The notes under the pieces are model-generated. The model did not search any database, was not told where the DNA came from, and worked only from the letters and a program-made list of their open reading frames with translations. The position numbers were made by a program, and so were the translations under genes. Shown piece after piece: positions 1 to 7,305 of a DNA stretch of 11,590 nucleotides (the stretch's first letter is position 1; each line of letters begins with the position of its first letter). The stretch covers positions 1-11,590 of the forward strand of contig JBHIAT010000122.1 in NCBI GenBank assembly GCA_046758705.1. Reading direction: 5' to 3'. The stretch comes from Candidatus Bipolaricaulia bacterium. Lineage in GTDB: Bacteria; Bipolaricaulota; Bipolaricaulia; JBHIAT01.

Positions 1-12
1 GGAAAGAGGAGA

Positions 13-45
13 AAGTCCACGCGGACTGAAGTCCGGTGTATTGAC
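13..45. mobile_element. Probable IS200/IS605-superfamily terminal hairpin (IscB/HEARO-type left end on minus strand, or TnpB-type right end on plus strand); the element would continue beyond the left window edge
   Basis: AAGTCCACGCGGACTGAAGTCCGGTGTATTGAC contains the palindrome CGGACT-GA-AGTCCG and ends in TTGAC. The minus strand reads GTCAATACACCGGACTTCAGTCCG..., resembling the GTCAA(C/T)-hairpin ends of IS200/IS605 elements as I recall them. Confidence 0.4.
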
Positions 46-126
46 CGATAATAAGATTTGAACAATAAGGGTTATATCCGCTCCCAATGTCCCCGCAGTC
101 CCTAAGAATCCATCACCTCTCAGCAC
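46..126 (-). pseudogene. 5' part of a membrane-protein gene (DUF420-like N-terminus), apparently interrupted at ~45
   Basis: AAGGAGG RBS (140-134) and GTG at 126 give MLRGDGFLGTAGTLGADITLIVQILLS. The GFLGT...AD..L..Q pattern resembles DUF420-type starts. The frame stays open to the window edge, but the hydrophobic stretch ends exactly at the IS-like GTCAAT. Not in the ORF track. Confidence 0.45.
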
Positions 127-159
127 ACTGGAACCTCCTTGATGTCTACAAATTATTTT

Positions 160-266
160 CTGTGCTAGCTACTAATCTCATCCGCTCAGAAATTGTTGAT
201 AATCCTGTGTAGTAACTTGTCCCGGGTACGGCAAATTTCGGCGGATGGGAAAAGTAGCTAGCACAG
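160..266. repeat. Long imperfect inverted repeat / hairpin (107 nt)
   Basis: CTGTGCTAGCTACT (160-173) pairs perfectly with AGTAGCTAGCACAG (253-266). TCTCATCCGC (176-185) pairs with GCGGATGGGA (241-250). Further inner pairing is possible with G-T wobbles. Confidence 0.8.
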
Positions 267-323
267 CTCACCCACCTGATCCGGGTCAGCCCCTCGCCCT
301 TACGAGGGTTTTAAATTTCCACA

Positions 324-352
324 AGTATACAGGCTTCCTTGTCCCTATGCAA
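324..352 (-). promoter_or_regulatory. Sigma70-type promoter pointing left toward the gene starting at 126
   Basis: Minus strand TTGCAT (352-347), 17-nt spacer, TATACT (329-324). Confidence 0.5.
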
Positions 353-383
353 ACAAAAGCCCCTGTCTCGTGGGACAGGGGCT
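350..383 (-). terminator. Intrinsic terminator-like hairpin
   Basis: Minus strand AGCCCCTGTC-CCACGA-GACAGGGGCT followed by TTTGTTTG. Confidence 0.6.
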
Positions 384-417
384 CCTGTGATACACTCAAC
401 GTGCCGCAGGCCCCGAC

Positions 418-540
418 GAGAGCATAAAAAACTTGGGGGCAATGAATCTTCTCGGTTAAATTAAGTGAAAGATCTGCAAAGGATCTATCCTTTTTTACTA
501 CTGGGAGGTGCCCCTATGAAATTCAAGATCCAAATCATTA
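418..540 (+). mobile_element. Possible left end and first codons of an ISKra4-family (ISAzba-like) element
   Basis: GAGAGCATAAAAAACTTGGGGG (418-439) resembles ISKra4-family terminal IRs from memory. GGAGGT RBS (504-509) and ATG 516 give MKFKIQII, cut off at 541 by the next element's end. Confidence 0.35.
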
Positions 541-794
541 GAGTCTGGCCCTTTTCAGTTGATCGAGAAGGTGTAGAGTCTCTGATGTTCCTTCTCGATG
601 TGATACTCCCAGTAAGCCTCCCAGTCTCCATTGCGTTTGAGAGCCCGCAGATCCAGCACCGCCTGCACCCCCTGTCGGGTCCATTTCATGCCGGAGCGGT
701 CGGTACGATCCTTGACCAGCGAACCACACGTGCCTTCGATCACCCCAGTGGCAATCGGGTATCCCGCCGCTAGATACGCATCATAGCGCATCAT
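541..794 (-). mobile_element. ISKra4-family IS remnant: transposase C-terminus and right terminal IR
   Basis: The C-terminal transposase fragment stops at 555-557 and runs directly into AAAAGGGCCAGACTC (555-541), similar to ISKra4-type right ends. Confidence 0.7.
555..794 (-). pseudogene. ISKra4-family transposase, C-terminal fragment
   Basis: MRYDAYLAAGYPIATGVIEGTCGSLVKDRTDRSGMKW...LDLRA..NGDWEAYW matches the M-Y..Y...G.PI.(S/T)G..E motif carrying the third DDE residue. The N-terminal several hundred residues are absent. Confidence 0.85.
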
Positions 795-903
795 CGAGCT
801 CATCCAGGCGAAGCTCGGTCATTCGGCGCCCAGCATCACCCGGCGGTATATCGGCATCACCCAGGATGAGATATCGGATGTCGAGGAGCGGGTGGAGCTG
901 TAA
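793..903 (+). pseudogene. Tyrosine recombinase/integrase C-terminal fragment
   Basis: IELIQAKLGHSAPSITRRYIGITQDEISDVEERVEL* carries the LGH...T..Y box II motif with the catalytic Tyr. There is an in-frame stop at 784-786 upstream and no start codon. Not in the ORF track. Confidence 0.85.
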
Positions 904-1004
904 GGAATATTGAAGATCGTTGGATTTTTCCCGTTTACTACGAAAACCCCAGATAGCTATCCGCTAGCCACAAGGCCTTTGCCACTCCGAGAATCAGAAA
1001 AAAC

Positions 1005-1033
1005 TTGACCTTTCTCAACCAGTGAGCTATACT
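1005..1033 (+). promoter_or_regulatory. Sigma70-type promoter of the toxin-antitoxin operon
   Basis: TTGACC (1005-1010), 17-nt spacer, TATACT (1028-1033); AAGGAGG RBS at 1083-1089. Confidence 0.7.
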
Positions 1034-1096
1034 ACAGAAATACAATAATACAAATATATGAAGTAGATCGAAGAGTACCACCAAGGAGGGAACACC

Positions 1097-1369
1097 ATGC
1101 CAGTAGTGAAAGCAGGACGGAGTCGCCAAGTGGTTATCCCCAAAGCAATTTGGGACAGCCTCGGCTTAGCACCTGGGGACTACTTTGAGGTTGAGCTCGA
1201 AGACGACCGTATTGTTTTTGTCCCGAAGAAGCTGGTCAGCAAGGAAGAGCTCTGGTATTGGTCTCGGGAGGGCCAGGCTGAGATCCAACAGGCCCTGAGG
1301 GAGCTTGAAGAAGGGAAAGCGAAGGAGTTCGACGATGTCGAAGAGTTAATCGAGGAACTCAACACTTAG
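1097..1369 (+). CDS. AbrB/MazE/SpoVT-family DNA-binding antitoxin
   Basis: N-terminal VK.GRSRQVVIPKAIWDSLGLAPGDYFEV swapped-hairpin motif; acidic C-terminus (W.WS.EGQ...EGK.KEFDDVEELIEEL); strong RBS. Confidence 0.9.
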   Translation: MPVVKAGRSRQVVIPKAIWDSLGLAPGDYFEVELEDDRIVFVPKKLVSKEELWYWSREGQAEIQQALRELEEGKAKEFDDVEELIEELNT

Positions 1370-1373
1370 TCGT

Positions 1374-1616
1374 ATGCATATCGTTCGCTCCAACGCTTTC
1401 AAGCGACGCTTCAAGAAAGCCCCTCACGATATCCAACGCAGGACTGAAAAAACCCTGCGTCTTTTAGTTGCCAATCTCCAGCACCCTTCCTTACGCGCTA
1501 AGATCATTGATGAGACACAACGCATCTGGCAGGCTCGTGTCAGCCGGAGTTGGCGGATATATTTTCGGATCACAGACGACACCTATGAACTTTTAACCTT
1601 ACAGAAGCACAAATAA
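1374..1616 (+). CDS. RelE/ParE-superfamily type II toxin (putative ribosome-dependent mRNase)
   Basis: Basic 80-aa protein with F.RRFKK, L..N..HPSLR, WQARV.RSWRIYF and a terminal H; starts 4 nt after the antitoxin stop. Confidence 0.85.
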   Translation: MHIVRSNAFKRRFKKAPHDIQRRTEKTLRLLVANLQHPSLRAKIIDETQRIWQARVSRSWRIYFRITDDTYELLTLQKHK

Positions 1617-1617
1617 G

Positions 1618-2512
1618 GGTATCAGGCCTTGCGAGCCCGGGCCGTTTCTCCCCTTTCGGGTGAGTGTCCCGCTCGAGCCGGCCGTCACCTCCGTTTCCAC
1701 ATCCCGCTCATCAAACCGGACGGATGGATCTCCCATATCCGGCTTTCGGTCAAGGTCTCACGGCTTCGCCCACGGGAAGTTGTGCGTCCGCGTCTTGAAC
1801 TCATGCAGGTATTCGTCAAGGATGCGTGACGTTCCCTGACCCTGCACGTGCTTCCCCACAACCACTGGTGGAGCCTCTTGTTATCGTGGCTTCGCCAGTT
1901 CGTCCAACTATCAATCCTGAAGCGATGGTTGGACGATCCTTTCGCTTCGACGTGTAACGTACGCTGCCGCTTCCGAACCTTCTGTGGAGTTACTAGACCG
2001 GTCATCGGTCAATCTCCAGGCTCTCGCCACTTGGTACATTCACCTTGACCTAAGGTCCCTTCCCTCTCCACCGGCATTACCCGGTTTCACTGGTAATACG
2101 GACCTCTCCGCCCCCCCAGACGGCCCGGCCTGTCCCTCACGGGCGTCCAGTTGAGCGTCACGCCCGCTCACCGCTGGGGCTTCCCACGTTACGCAAGGAA
2201 CCTTCCCCACGTGCCACTCCCAATACCCCGGTGGGCCATCACGGCTGCCTGCGTCGGTTGCTTGGCTGTGACGCACCGGCCTTCCCCGTTTTCGCGGCGG
2301 GTCGGCACCCACATTGCGCGTTTCGAGGCCTGCCCAGGATTCACTGCACGTTGCGGCCCGCGAGGTTGCGGCCACTCTGAAGGTGACCGGTGTCCCCAGG
2401 GCTTCGACCGATCGGATTACTCCGATCCGCCGCCTGGGTAGCTACCGAGTCGAACCGACAATTACTCGAGTGGATCTCACATCCACTGGCTCCTTACACC
2501 CTCGTGGTGCAC
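1618..2512 (-). mobile_element. Group II intron (probably bacterial class E/F-like), degenerate, with deleted RT ORF and truncated domain VI
   Basis: 5' end GTGCACCACG at 2512. Intron-typical motifs include GCGGAGAGGTCCGTATTACCAGTGAAACCGGGTAATGCCGGTGGAGAGGGAAGGGACCT. Domain V AAGCCGGATATGGGAGATCCATCCGTCCGGTTT (~1745-1713) is followed by GATGAGCGGGATGTGGAAACGGAG. Confidence 0.88.
1758..2005 (-). pseudogene. ltrA: Group II intron reverse transcriptase/maturase remnant (N-terminus fused to domain X C-terminus)
   Basis: LVTPQKVRKRQRTLHVEAK...RF is a typical intron-encoded-protein start. It joins at ~1920 to IDSW...RLHQWL and, after a frameshift near 1850, KHVQGQGTSRILDEYLHE...NFPWAKP*. There are no RT domains and no YADD motif. 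Confidence 0.8.
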
Positions 2513-2796
2513 GTAAAAATATAAGGATTCAGTGTTAGTCTTTACCAACGCCCAAGAGAAGGCTGCCATCCTCCCTTCTGCTTTGAAACGAGAATGTCAA
2601 GCCATTCTGAAAGCCCAAGGTAAGACCGAGAAGACAGCTAAGTGGATGATTTTATCAGTAAGGGACGACATTCGTTTCATTTCTATTGGCCGCCAACACC
2701 GCGCTCATCAGCTCGCTTACGGTATCTTTACAGGAAGGATAAAACCCAAGGAGGATATTCGAATCCACAGCCGTCAGATTATTCCTCTACTTAAAT

Positions 2797-2920
2797 GAAA
2801 AAGCAACCGGGGGTCCTGGTGGCTCGCCTCACTCCAGAGGGTCATCGCCGTACCCAGTGACGAGCGCGACGCTACACCCAGGACGAAACCTGAAGGATTC
2901 ACGCCGCCACCCGGTCGTCT
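2797..2920 (-). ncRNA. Candidate ~120-nt structured small RNA, family not recognised
   Basis: Closing stem CGACCGGG/CCCGGTTG followed by CTTTTT; nested stems GTCCTGG/CCAGGAC, GCTCG/CGAGC, TCACT/AGTGA, GGGT/ACCC; promoter immediately upstream. Confidence 0.5.
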
Positions 2921-2926
2921 ATTATC

Positions 2927-2954
2927 AGTATAGCACCATACTATTTTTCGTCAA
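2927..2954 (-). promoter_or_regulatory. Sigma70-type promoter with extended -10
   Basis: Minus strand TTGACG (2954-2949), 16-nt spacer ending TGC, TATACT (2932-2927). Confidence 0.65.
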
Positions 2955-3100
2955 GACTTCAGGGTATCATACAGTATTGTTAACTTATTCTTGGAGCTTG
3001 CATTCACAGGGGAAGGGAAGTAAATGTGATGGAGGAGGATCCTTTTCGGGGTGATGTCAAACTACTTAGCGGAAAACCTCGCCCCATGCGGTCTCCATGT

Positions 3101-3155
3101 TTTACAATTTTTAACAATGTCGTTTAACAAATTCTTAACATCCACGAGATATACT
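3101..3155 (+). promoter_or_regulatory. Four TT(T/A)ACA direct repeats (OmpR/PhoP-type boxes) upstream of a -10 element
   Basis: TTTACA 3101, TTAACA 3111, 3124 and 3135; TATACT at 3150-3155; AGGAGG RBS at 3186-3191. Confidence 0.55.
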
Positions 3156-3199
3156 TCCTACCGTGGTAAAAAAGCAAATGCGAAAAGGAGGACTAAACA

Positions 3200-4663
3200 A
3201 TGGAACCTGCACGAGCGGACGATCCATTAGAAGGCTTCCCAAAGTTTGCCGAGAAGGTGATAGCCGAATGGGGAGTGCCGGGAATGGCCGTAGGAGTTGT
3301 CAAGAACGGTGAAGTCGTTTACATGAAAGGCTTCGGCTACAGAGATGTGGAAAAGCAACTTCCTGTGACTCCCAAAACCCTGTTCGCCATCGGCTCAAGC
3401 ACAAAGGCATTCACAGCAATAGCAATTGGGCTGCTCGTCGATGACGGTAAGCTCGATTGGGATACACCGCTGATCGAGTATATGCCCGACTTTCGCCTCT
3501 ACGACGATTACGCGACTCTTCATACCACTCCACGCGACCTTCTCTGCCACCGAACGGGTATGCCGGGATACGATCCCATTTGGATGTTATCTAGTGGGAG
3601 CCGTGATGAATATTACCACCGCCTTCGCTATCTGGAGCCTAATGCCGGTTTCCGGGATATCTTTCAGTATAACAATTTTATGCACCTGGTTGCTGGAATA
3701 TTGGTCGGCCGTCTGGGTGGCGGTTCCTGGGAGGAATTTGTCTCTGAGCGTATTTTCAAACCTCTCGGTATGGAGCACAGTAATTTCAGTGTCCTCGAGT
3801 CAAAGAGGGATAATGACTACTCCCAACCCTACATGGCATTTTCAGGAGAGCCGGTAAAAGTTCCTTTTCGAAATATTGACGCATTCGGTCCTGGCGGGGC
3901 GATAAATTCGGACATCGAGGACATGACCAAGTGGGTGCTGTTGCACCTTAATAACGGCAAAGCAGATGATAAACAGCTTGTTTCTGAGGCGAGCCTTGCG
4001 CAAACGCATCTTCCTAATATGGTCATCAGGGACCCTCTTCATGCAAAGCTGGCGCAGTCCGCGATGTATGGCCAGGGGTGGTTCATCTCAGATTATCGGG
4101 GATACCCCCTTGTGGAGCATGGTGGCAACATCGACGGCTTTTCAGCGCTGGTCAGCTTGGTGCCGGAAGAGAAGACTGGAATCGTTGTCCTTTTCAACTC
4201 CTTAAATCTCATGGGCTATGTCATAGTGCGAGATATTTACGATCGCCTTCTCGGACTGGAAGAGCGAGACTGGAACTCGCATTACAAGAATTTGTTTGCA
4301 GAAATCATGGAAACTATGTTTGGAACTGCAGGAGCAGAAGAAAAGCCTAAACCTAAAACAAGTCCTTCCTTGCCGTTGGCAGACTATGCAGGAAGCTACG
4401 AGCATCCTGCCTTTGACCGAGTGGAGGTAACGGTGGACAATGATAAATTGACATTGAAGTTCCAATCCGGATTAACCTCTGAGCTGGAGCACTTCCACTT
4501 TGATGTTTTCAAGGGAACCACTTCTGACTTTTACCTGCCGGCGATAAATGTCCGCTTTCACCTTAGCAACGGTGGCACTGTGGAGAGCTTTTCTATGCCG
4601 TTGGAATCCGGTGTAGCGGACATCATCTTCAAGCGTTTAGAGGCGGAAAATAAAGAAAAATAA
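3200..4663 (+). CDS. Serine hydrolase, beta-lactamase class C / penicillin-binding-protein-like family, with C-terminal DUF3471-like domain
   Basis: F.IGSSTKAF (SxxK), LLCHRTG, FQYNN (YxN), EHGG.IDGF; C-terminal PSLPLADYAGSYEHPAF; good RBS; no obvious signal peptide. Confidence 0.92.
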   Translation: MEPARADDPLEGFPKFAEKVIAEWGVPGMAVGVVKNGEVVYMKGFGYRDVEKQLPVTPKTLFAIGSSTKAFTAIAIGLLVDDGKLDWDTPLIEYMPDFRLYDDYATLHTTPRDLLCHRTGMPGYDPIWMLSSGSRDEYYHRLRYLEPNAGFRDIFQYNNFMHLVAGILVGRLGGGSWEEFVSERIFKPLGMEHSNFSVLESKRDNDYSQPYMAFSGEPVKVPFRNIDAFGPGGAINSDIEDMTKWVLLHLNNGKADDKQLVSEASLAQTHLPNMVIRDPLHAKLAQSAMYGQGWFISDYRGYPLVEHGGNIDGFSALVSLVPEEKTGIVVLFNSLNLMGYVIVRDIYDRLLGLEERDWNSHYKNLFAEIMETMFGTAGAEEKPKPKTSPSLPLADYAGSYEHPAFDRVEVTVDNDKLTLKFQSGLTSELEHFHFDVFKGTTSDFYLPAINVRFHLSNGGTVESFSMPLESGVADIIFKRLEAENKEK

Positions 4664-4738
4664 CCGGTACACCGAGGCTGTTGCAGAGTTGGGAGAGGGG
4701 TGGAAGGAAGGATAGAAGCGGCCTACTTCATGGATCGG

Positions 4739-5461
4739 TCAGCGGAACAGGACCGCCCGGAAGTTATCGAAGCTCACGTTCGGCTTCACTTCAGGTTCCC
4801 CCGGGGCGTATTTCAGCTGGATCTTGAAGTTGGGAAAGTCGATCTCTGTGCTCCCGATCAACCGATCGTCGACGTAACCCTCCACCCGATCGGTCGTTGC
4901 GTTATACTTGATCTTCAGCGTGTGGAACGACGTCACCTCATTCCCAAAACCGGGCAGTAACTCGTCGGTGTAGACGAACGGGTCTCCACTCCGCTTCCAG
5001 GAGGTCCGGTAGCCCTGCTCGTGGTAGTAGTAGCCGACCCCGAACGCACGCCCGCGGTCGGAGGATTCCAGAAACAGTTGGGCGATCGCCACGTTCAACT
5101 CCTCGGGGAACGTCGGCGGCCAGGCCTTCTTGAACTCGACACTCACCTCGACGTTCTGTCTCAGAAACTGGTGGGAGGAGATCCCGTTGAACGACCAGCC
5201 TGGCTGGGTGCTGATGCCGCTGACACTGAGGGTTCCGAACGACTCACTGATGTGGATGCCGGGGTCCTGGGTGATGTACCCCTGGATCCACAACGTCTCG
5301 TCGAGCGTCCCATCCTCAAAATCGTCGCTGATGACCTCCCGCCGTCCGGACGAACAACCGGAGAGCAGGAGCGATAGGACGAGCAAGCCGACCGTCCCCC
5401 AGATGGCGAGTCTCGGGCATCGGAGGCTTCTCGACCTCAACGGCTTGCCTGTTTCGGCCAT
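4739..5461 (-). CDS. Hypothetical lipoprotein, possible concanavalin A-like lectin/glucanase beta-sandwich
   Basis: Hydrophobic segment ending in lipobox LLSGC; DDFEDGTLD..W, FHTLKIKY, VEGYVD..LIG and V.FDNFR patterns. Start codon uncertain (ATG 5461 chosen; the ORF track extends to 5500). Confidence 0.7.
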   Translation of the reverse strand: MAETGKPLRSRSLRCPRLAIWGTVGLLVLSLLLSGCSSGRREVISDDFEDGTLDETLWIQGYITQDPGIHISESFGTLSVSGISTQPGWSFNGISSHQFLRQNVEVSVEFKKAWPPTFPEELNVAIAQLFLESSDRGRAFGVGYYYHEQGYRTSWKRSGDPFVYTDELLPGFGNEVTSFHTLKIKYNATTDRVEGYVDDRLIGSTEIDFPNFKIQLKYAPGEPEVKPNVSFDNFRAVLFR

Positions 5462-5543
5462 CCTCGTTCGCAATATAACCGAAATGAACCAAATTTGCAA
5501 CCGGGACCGGGATACTCTCGGTCTTGGTAGACTTCCCGGTTTA

Positions 5544-6398
5544 TCATCGCTTCAACCCGCCGAACCCCATTCCTCGGATCAGATGCCGTTGTCCAAAGTA
5601 GAAGACGACGAGCGGTGGCAGGATCATCAGGATAGAGGCGGCCATCAGCAGAGCAAACTCACTGGGATGTCCTCCCTGGAACTGCTGAATCCCCAGTGCC
5701 AAGGTATACTTGTTCTGATCGTTGAGGTAGATGAGCGGGTTGAGAAAGTCGTCCCAGGCGAAGAAGAACTGGAAGATGGCAACCACCGCCAGGGGTGCCC
5801 GGGCCAGCGGCAGGATGACCTGCCAGAAGATGCGAATCTCGGACGCTCCATCCACTCGCGCTGCGTCGCTGATCTCCAGGGGGATGGTGCGGAAGTGCTG
5901 GCGCATGATGAACGTGTAGAACGGCGGGGCAAGCCAGGCAGGCGCGATCAGGGGCAGGAACGTATCGATCCAACCGAAGTCCCTGAACAGAATATACAGA
6001 GGGACCATCGTGACCGCGCCCGGGATCATCATGGTCGCCAGCACGATGAAGAACAGCACGTCCCGACCGGGCCAGCGAAACCGGGCGAAGCCGTAGCCAA
6101 CAAGCGCGCTCGACAGGATTGCGCCGACCGTCGACAGACTGGCGATGGTCACCGTGTTGCGCAGGTAGCGGATCAACGGCATCTCGGCGGCGACACGTCG
6201 GAAGATTTCCCATCGGAACTCATGGGGGAAGAGTGTCGGAGGGAACTGGGTGATCTCGGACTCGGACTTTAGGGAGGTGGACACCATCCACAGAAACGGG
6301 AGCGCAAAACTGAACGCCAGCACGGTGAGGGTGGTATAAACAACGATCCGTCGGGACAGTCGATTCCAATTCATCCGCTTCATCCGCGCCATCCTCAT
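5544..6398 (-). CDS. Carbohydrate ABC transporter permease (MalG/UgpE-like)
   Basis: PFLWMVSTSLK, GYGFARFRWPGR, EAA loop DAARVDGASE, WDDFLNPLIYL; start overlaps the upstream stop (ATGA). Confidence 0.95.
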   Translation of the reverse strand: MRMARMKRMNWNRLSRRIVVYTTLTVLAFSFALPFLWMVSTSLKSESEITQFPPTLFPHEFRWEIFRRVAAEMPLIRYLRNTVTIASLSTVGAILSSALVGYGFARFRWPGRDVLFFIVLATMMIPGAVTMVPLYILFRDFGWIDTFLPLIAPAWLAPPFYTFIMRQHFRTIPLEISDAARVDGASEIRIFWQVILPLARAPLAVVAIFQFFFAWDDFLNPLIYLNDQNKYTLALGIQQFQGGHPSEFALLMAASILMILPPLVVFYFGQRHLIRGMGFGGLKR

Positions 6399-7300
6399 CG
6401 GTTCTCCACCTCGTAGTAAACCCAGCGGGCTTGTGTCAGCCAGATGGTCAGGCTGATCGCCACCGTGATCACGAACAGCACTACCCCCAGCGCTGCCGCA
6501 TACCCCATCCTGAAGTAGGTGAATGCGTTACGAAACAGGTAGAGAACGTAGAAGAGCGTCGAGTCGAGCGGTCCCCCGCCAGTCATGATGAACCCTTGGG
6601 TAAAGATCTGCAAGGAGAAGATAGTCTGCAGGATGAGGTTCAGCAGGATGGTCGGGCTCAACATCGGTAGGGTGACGTGAATGAACCTTCTCCAGAGCGA
6701 AGCTCCGTCGATCTCGGCCGCCTCATAGAGCTGTTTAGGGATGGTTTGTAATCCCCCGAGGAAGATCAGCATGGTGGCACCGGTGCCCCACTGTGCCATG
6801 AGGATAATCGCCGGTTTGGACCAACGAGGGTCGCTCAGCCAACCCAGTCCGTTAAGCCCGACGAGCGACAACAGCCAGTTGATCAGCCCGAAACCGGGGT
6901 GGAGCAACCAGATCCACAGGATCGAGAACGCGACGATCGGTGTGACCGAGGGCAGGAAGAAGGCGGTCCGGTAGATCTCGATTCCGGGAAGTTTCCGGTT
7001 GACCAGCAGGGCAAGCCCCAGCGAGATCACCAAGCTGATTGGCACGGCCAGGGCTGTATAGAAAAACGTGTTCCACAGCGACTTCCAGAAGAGATCATCC
7101 TGGACTATTTCCTGGTAGTTCGCTATCCCGACCCAAATGGGCGGAGAGAGGACGTCATAGTCGGTGAAGCTGTAGTAGAAGGCTTTGGCGACCGGATAGA
7201 CGGTGAGTATGGAGAAGCCGAGCAGCCATGGGGAGGCAAACAGGAGTCCATAGAGCCATTGTCTGCTTGCTAGGTTCCGAGATTGTATGCCAGCCTTCAT
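6395..7300 (-). CDS. Carbohydrate ABC transporter permease (MalF/UgpA-like)
   Basis: SFTDY, WVG..NY, RTAFFLPS, LYEAAEIDGA, TGGGP, GYAAA; multiple transmembrane segments. Confidence 0.95.
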   Translation of the reverse strand: MKAGIQSRNLASRQWLYGLLFASPWLLGFSILTVYPVAKAFYYSFTDYDVLSPPIWVGIANYQEIVQDDLFWKSLWNTFFYTALAVPISLVISLGLALLVNRKLPGIEIYRTAFFLPSVTPIVAFSILWIWLLHPGFGLINWLLSLVGLNGLGWLSDPRWSKPAIILMAQWGTGATMLIFLGGLQTIPKQLYEAAEIDGASLWRRFIHVTLPMLSPTILLNLILQTIFSLQIFTQGFIMTGGGPLDSTLFYVLYLFRNAFTYFRMGYAAALGVVLFVITVAISLTIWLTQARWVYYEVENR

Positions 7301-7305
7301 TGCCG

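Noticed and set aside
1-20. GAGGAGAAAGTCC resembles the RNase P RNA GAGGAAAGTCC motif
   Set aside because: The match is imperfect and none of the other conserved RNase P regions follow.
265-295. ACCCACCTGATCCGGGTCA resembles parts of the TPP riboswitch or 6S RNA
   Set aside because: No GCTGAGA or GCGTAGGGA for TPP, and no matching 5' strand or closing stem for 6S.
2660-2780. Minus-strand TAVDSNILL resembles a PIN-domain N-terminus
   Set aside because: No start codon and the following sequence does not continue as a PIN domain; could be chance.
2532-2798. 88-aa + strand ORF
   Set aside because: GTG start with weak RBS, no recognisable motif, and no evidence of transcription in that direction.
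2855-2900. GGACGAAAC and CTGAAGGA suggest a hammerhead ribozyme
   Set aside because: The core elements are in the wrong order and no CUGANGA precedes stem II.
3030-3060. ...GGGGTGATGTCAA resembles a TnpB element right end
   Set aside because: The subterminal hairpin is poor and no tnpB remnant is visible.
3200-4663. Calling the hydrolase a true AmpC resistance beta-lactamase
   Set aside because: It has HGG rather than KTG, no signal peptide, and an extra C-terminal domain typical of peptidase-like members.
5130-6272. 380-aa + strand ORF and other long antisense ORFs (e.g. 7228-7821, 9556-10179)
   Set aside because: Shadow frames of GC-rich minus-strand genes that have clear family motifs.
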